Source: Lytechinus pictus | Lineage: Eukaryota | NCBI RefSeq assembly: GCF_037042905.1 | Contig: NC_087245.1 | Coordinates: forward strand, 37,822,001-37,886,000 | Direction of reading: 5' to 3' | DNA: 64,000 nucleotides | In this document: positions 61,894 to 64,000 of the stretch, piece after piece | How positions within the stretch are numbered: position 1 is the first letter of the stretch | Layout: each line of letters begins with the position of its first letter | Made by a program: the position numbers and the translations under genes | Notes under the pieces: model-generated | Told to the model about the DNA's origin: nothing | Database searches by the model: none | Seen by the model: only the letters and a program-made list of their open reading frames with translations

Positions 61894-63204
61894 CAGGTCA
61901 GGTCTGTTGCAATCTTTTACTGGACAGAAGAGCTATCAGGATTTTTTGGAGAGAAAAAACAAATTGTGATCTCAAATTATTCTAACCTTAAATTGGATTA
62001 ATCTGTCATGTGTCAATGAGCTGCCTGGCTTATCTTCCATGTATTTCAACCAACAAACAAAAGACAAGTGAAATACATCATTTTTTGCCTCAAAATTAGT
62101 GATTCAAGGGGGTATTCGGTTTTTAACTTCTTATAATTGCATGCTCTTGATAAGCCAACATAATTTGAGTAGTGCCCCTGATGTAAGGAGGCAGGTTGTA
62201 ATAGAGGAGATAGGGATATATTTATATACAACTGTCCCATGAATATATGTATGTCATAATCCACTGAGATAAACACAAATTCAGCAGTCCCAAATTTCAA
62301 ACACAATACATTTTTGTTGTCCCATTGTAGTTCAAAACTTTACATTCGTTATTTTTCTGATTCTGGTTGAATTACAATGGTTGGATTGTATTTTGGTGCT
62401 GTCATTTACATTTGTACCAAGCTCAACAAACATTTCTAGTAATTTTTATTGCCAAATATGTTTTTGTTTATAGTGAAACAATAAATATGATTTCATATGA
62501 CCAGTCGGCTGTATCTAATGCTGTAATCATTTGACGTTGTTTATATTTGTTCAACTTCCAATCCAATTCTCTGTTAGTTTGTCCGTTTATCGGATAATGA
62601 TTGACAAAACTCCTAATAAATTGAACCCTATTAGAAAAAAAAAGTAAAAAAAGAAAAAGTGGGCGACCTTATGTCTTTCCGTTCGAAAGAAATTGATTTT
62701 AATTCTTTACAACACACACACACACATTGAGGAAAAACAAAACAACTTTTTTGTAGTCCAGTGAGACATATGGGTGTAATTGTAAAACAAACCCTAAGGA
62801 TCGGGAGCACGGATGCTTCTCAACTTGTAACCAACCAAAGGACTAACGGCTTTCAGTCATCTCCAAGGGATAAGTTTTTTTTAATGCCAATAGATGCTAG
62901 AATCTATAGTTGTAACCAAAGTGGTTTACAAAATCATGACTGGTTCCCCTTTCTTTTATCATTCCCTTTCTCTTCTTTATTTTACATCTTTCTCAAGAGT
63001 TTGTTTTATTTTCTTCACATGATGAATAAAGGTGACAAACAGAAAATAATAATTACTTTCCCATTCCATTGATTAAGACTTCTTTTCTTTTTTTTGACAA
63101 AGTGAGGCATGATATACATGTATGTTGCTAATGTTTTATCATTCATAATTGTAGGAATGTTAAATAATCATTAAAACTGATGCTTCGTGTTCATTATTAT
63201 TATC

Positions 63205-63358
63205 CAGGGGCTGCGGAACGGTTTTGAAAGTGAATGGGGGGGGGGCTGACTATGCAAAAAATCGCAATCCGATTGTCATTTTTACGTTTTTGTACTCGGT
63301 TTTGGAGAAGAATGGGGGGGCTGAAGCCCACCCAGCCCCCCCGTTTCCGCGGCCCCTG
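63205..63358. mobile_element. hAT-like MITE
   Basis: CAGGGGCTGCGGAACGG ... CCGTTTCCGCGGCCCCTG. Confidence 0.65.
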
Positions 63359-63424
63359 TAATATCGAAAAGTGAGAAAGTGATGAACTTTAGATGGGAAA
63401 ATATCTTTCCCGGTAAAGTCCACC

Positions 63425-63582
63425 AGGGGACCGTTTCATGCACTGACAACTTGTCTTTCTCCGACAGTTACCATAGTAACAGTCAGAGGCAAGTGCCTCT
63501 CAGCCAATCAAAAGCAAGGATTTCACAAAAATTGTCAGCACTGACAATTTAGTCAGTGCTGACAACTTTCGTGAAACGCCCC
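63425..63582. mobile_element. Harbinger-like MITE with central CCAAT
   Basis: GGGGACCGTTTCATG ... CGTGAAACGCCCC; CAG/CTG flanks. Confidence 0.62.
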
Positions 63583-64000
63583 CTGAACGTCTCAACAGGG
63601 AGCTTTTGCTCAGTGAACGGATGATTAAAAAAAAAAAAAGGGAAAATGTATTGTCGAATGCCCTTCATGAGAAAGGACGACCAATAAGTCTTTCATTGTC
63701 GAAAATTGATTAATTAAACAGCAGTTAAGTCCTTGACTCTGGAAAAAACGACATTATAATTTGCCATTTTCGTCAGCTCCGAAACTTACAACGAAACTGC
63801 TGTGCCGGCCTGTTCACCAATTTTCGCCAAATACCTCCCAGCTGTTCATGTGACGGGCATTTTCAATACATTTACTGTGTTCTTAAATTCTCCCTTCGTC
63901 GCCGAGAGAAAACTTTCTAATGAATCTGCAAAGTAAGATAAAAAGGAACGTGAACTACGTGTGATAATCACTTTTTGAAAAGTATTTCATCTTTTAGATA

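Noticed and set aside
62480..62485. AATAAA as the KRIT1 polyadenylation signal
   Set aside because: Plausible, but such hexamers are frequent in AT-rich DNA; it cannot be supported without transcript data.

Overview
AT-rich, intron-rich animal genomic DNA. The repeat landscape looks echinoderm/sea-urchin-like, which is an inference and not proven. Two spliced protein-coding genes can be rebuilt by hand with GT-AG boundaries and consistent phases. (1) A 3-exon class I SAM-dependent methyltransferase on the minus strand (8067->2490, ~211 aa). (2) A 14-coding-exon KRIT1/CCM1 orthologue on the plus strand (22929->57506, ~606 aa; NPxY/F motifs, ankyrin repeats, FERM domain). This KRIT1 apparently lacks the N-terminal Nudix-fold domain and has a degenerate third NPxF motif. 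Between the genes, a 4.5-kb PIF/Harbinger-type element (CTG TSD) carries an intact 1005-aa CR1-clade LINE ORF2 (APE + RT). The remainder is dense with non-autonomous transposons: Kolobok-, Tc1-, hAT-, Harbinger-, MULE- and CACTA-like MITEs, Helentron/DINE-1-like elements, tRNA-derived SINEs and an L2 fragment, plus microsatellites. There are no CRISPR arrays, rRNA genes or convincing tRNA genes. I did not find a clearly novel multi-gene system. The best leads are the altered KRIT1 architecture, inverted repeats bracketing its start-codon exon, a duplicated splice acceptor, and the LINE-inside-DNA-transposon composite. All family assignments come from motif recognition, with no database search.
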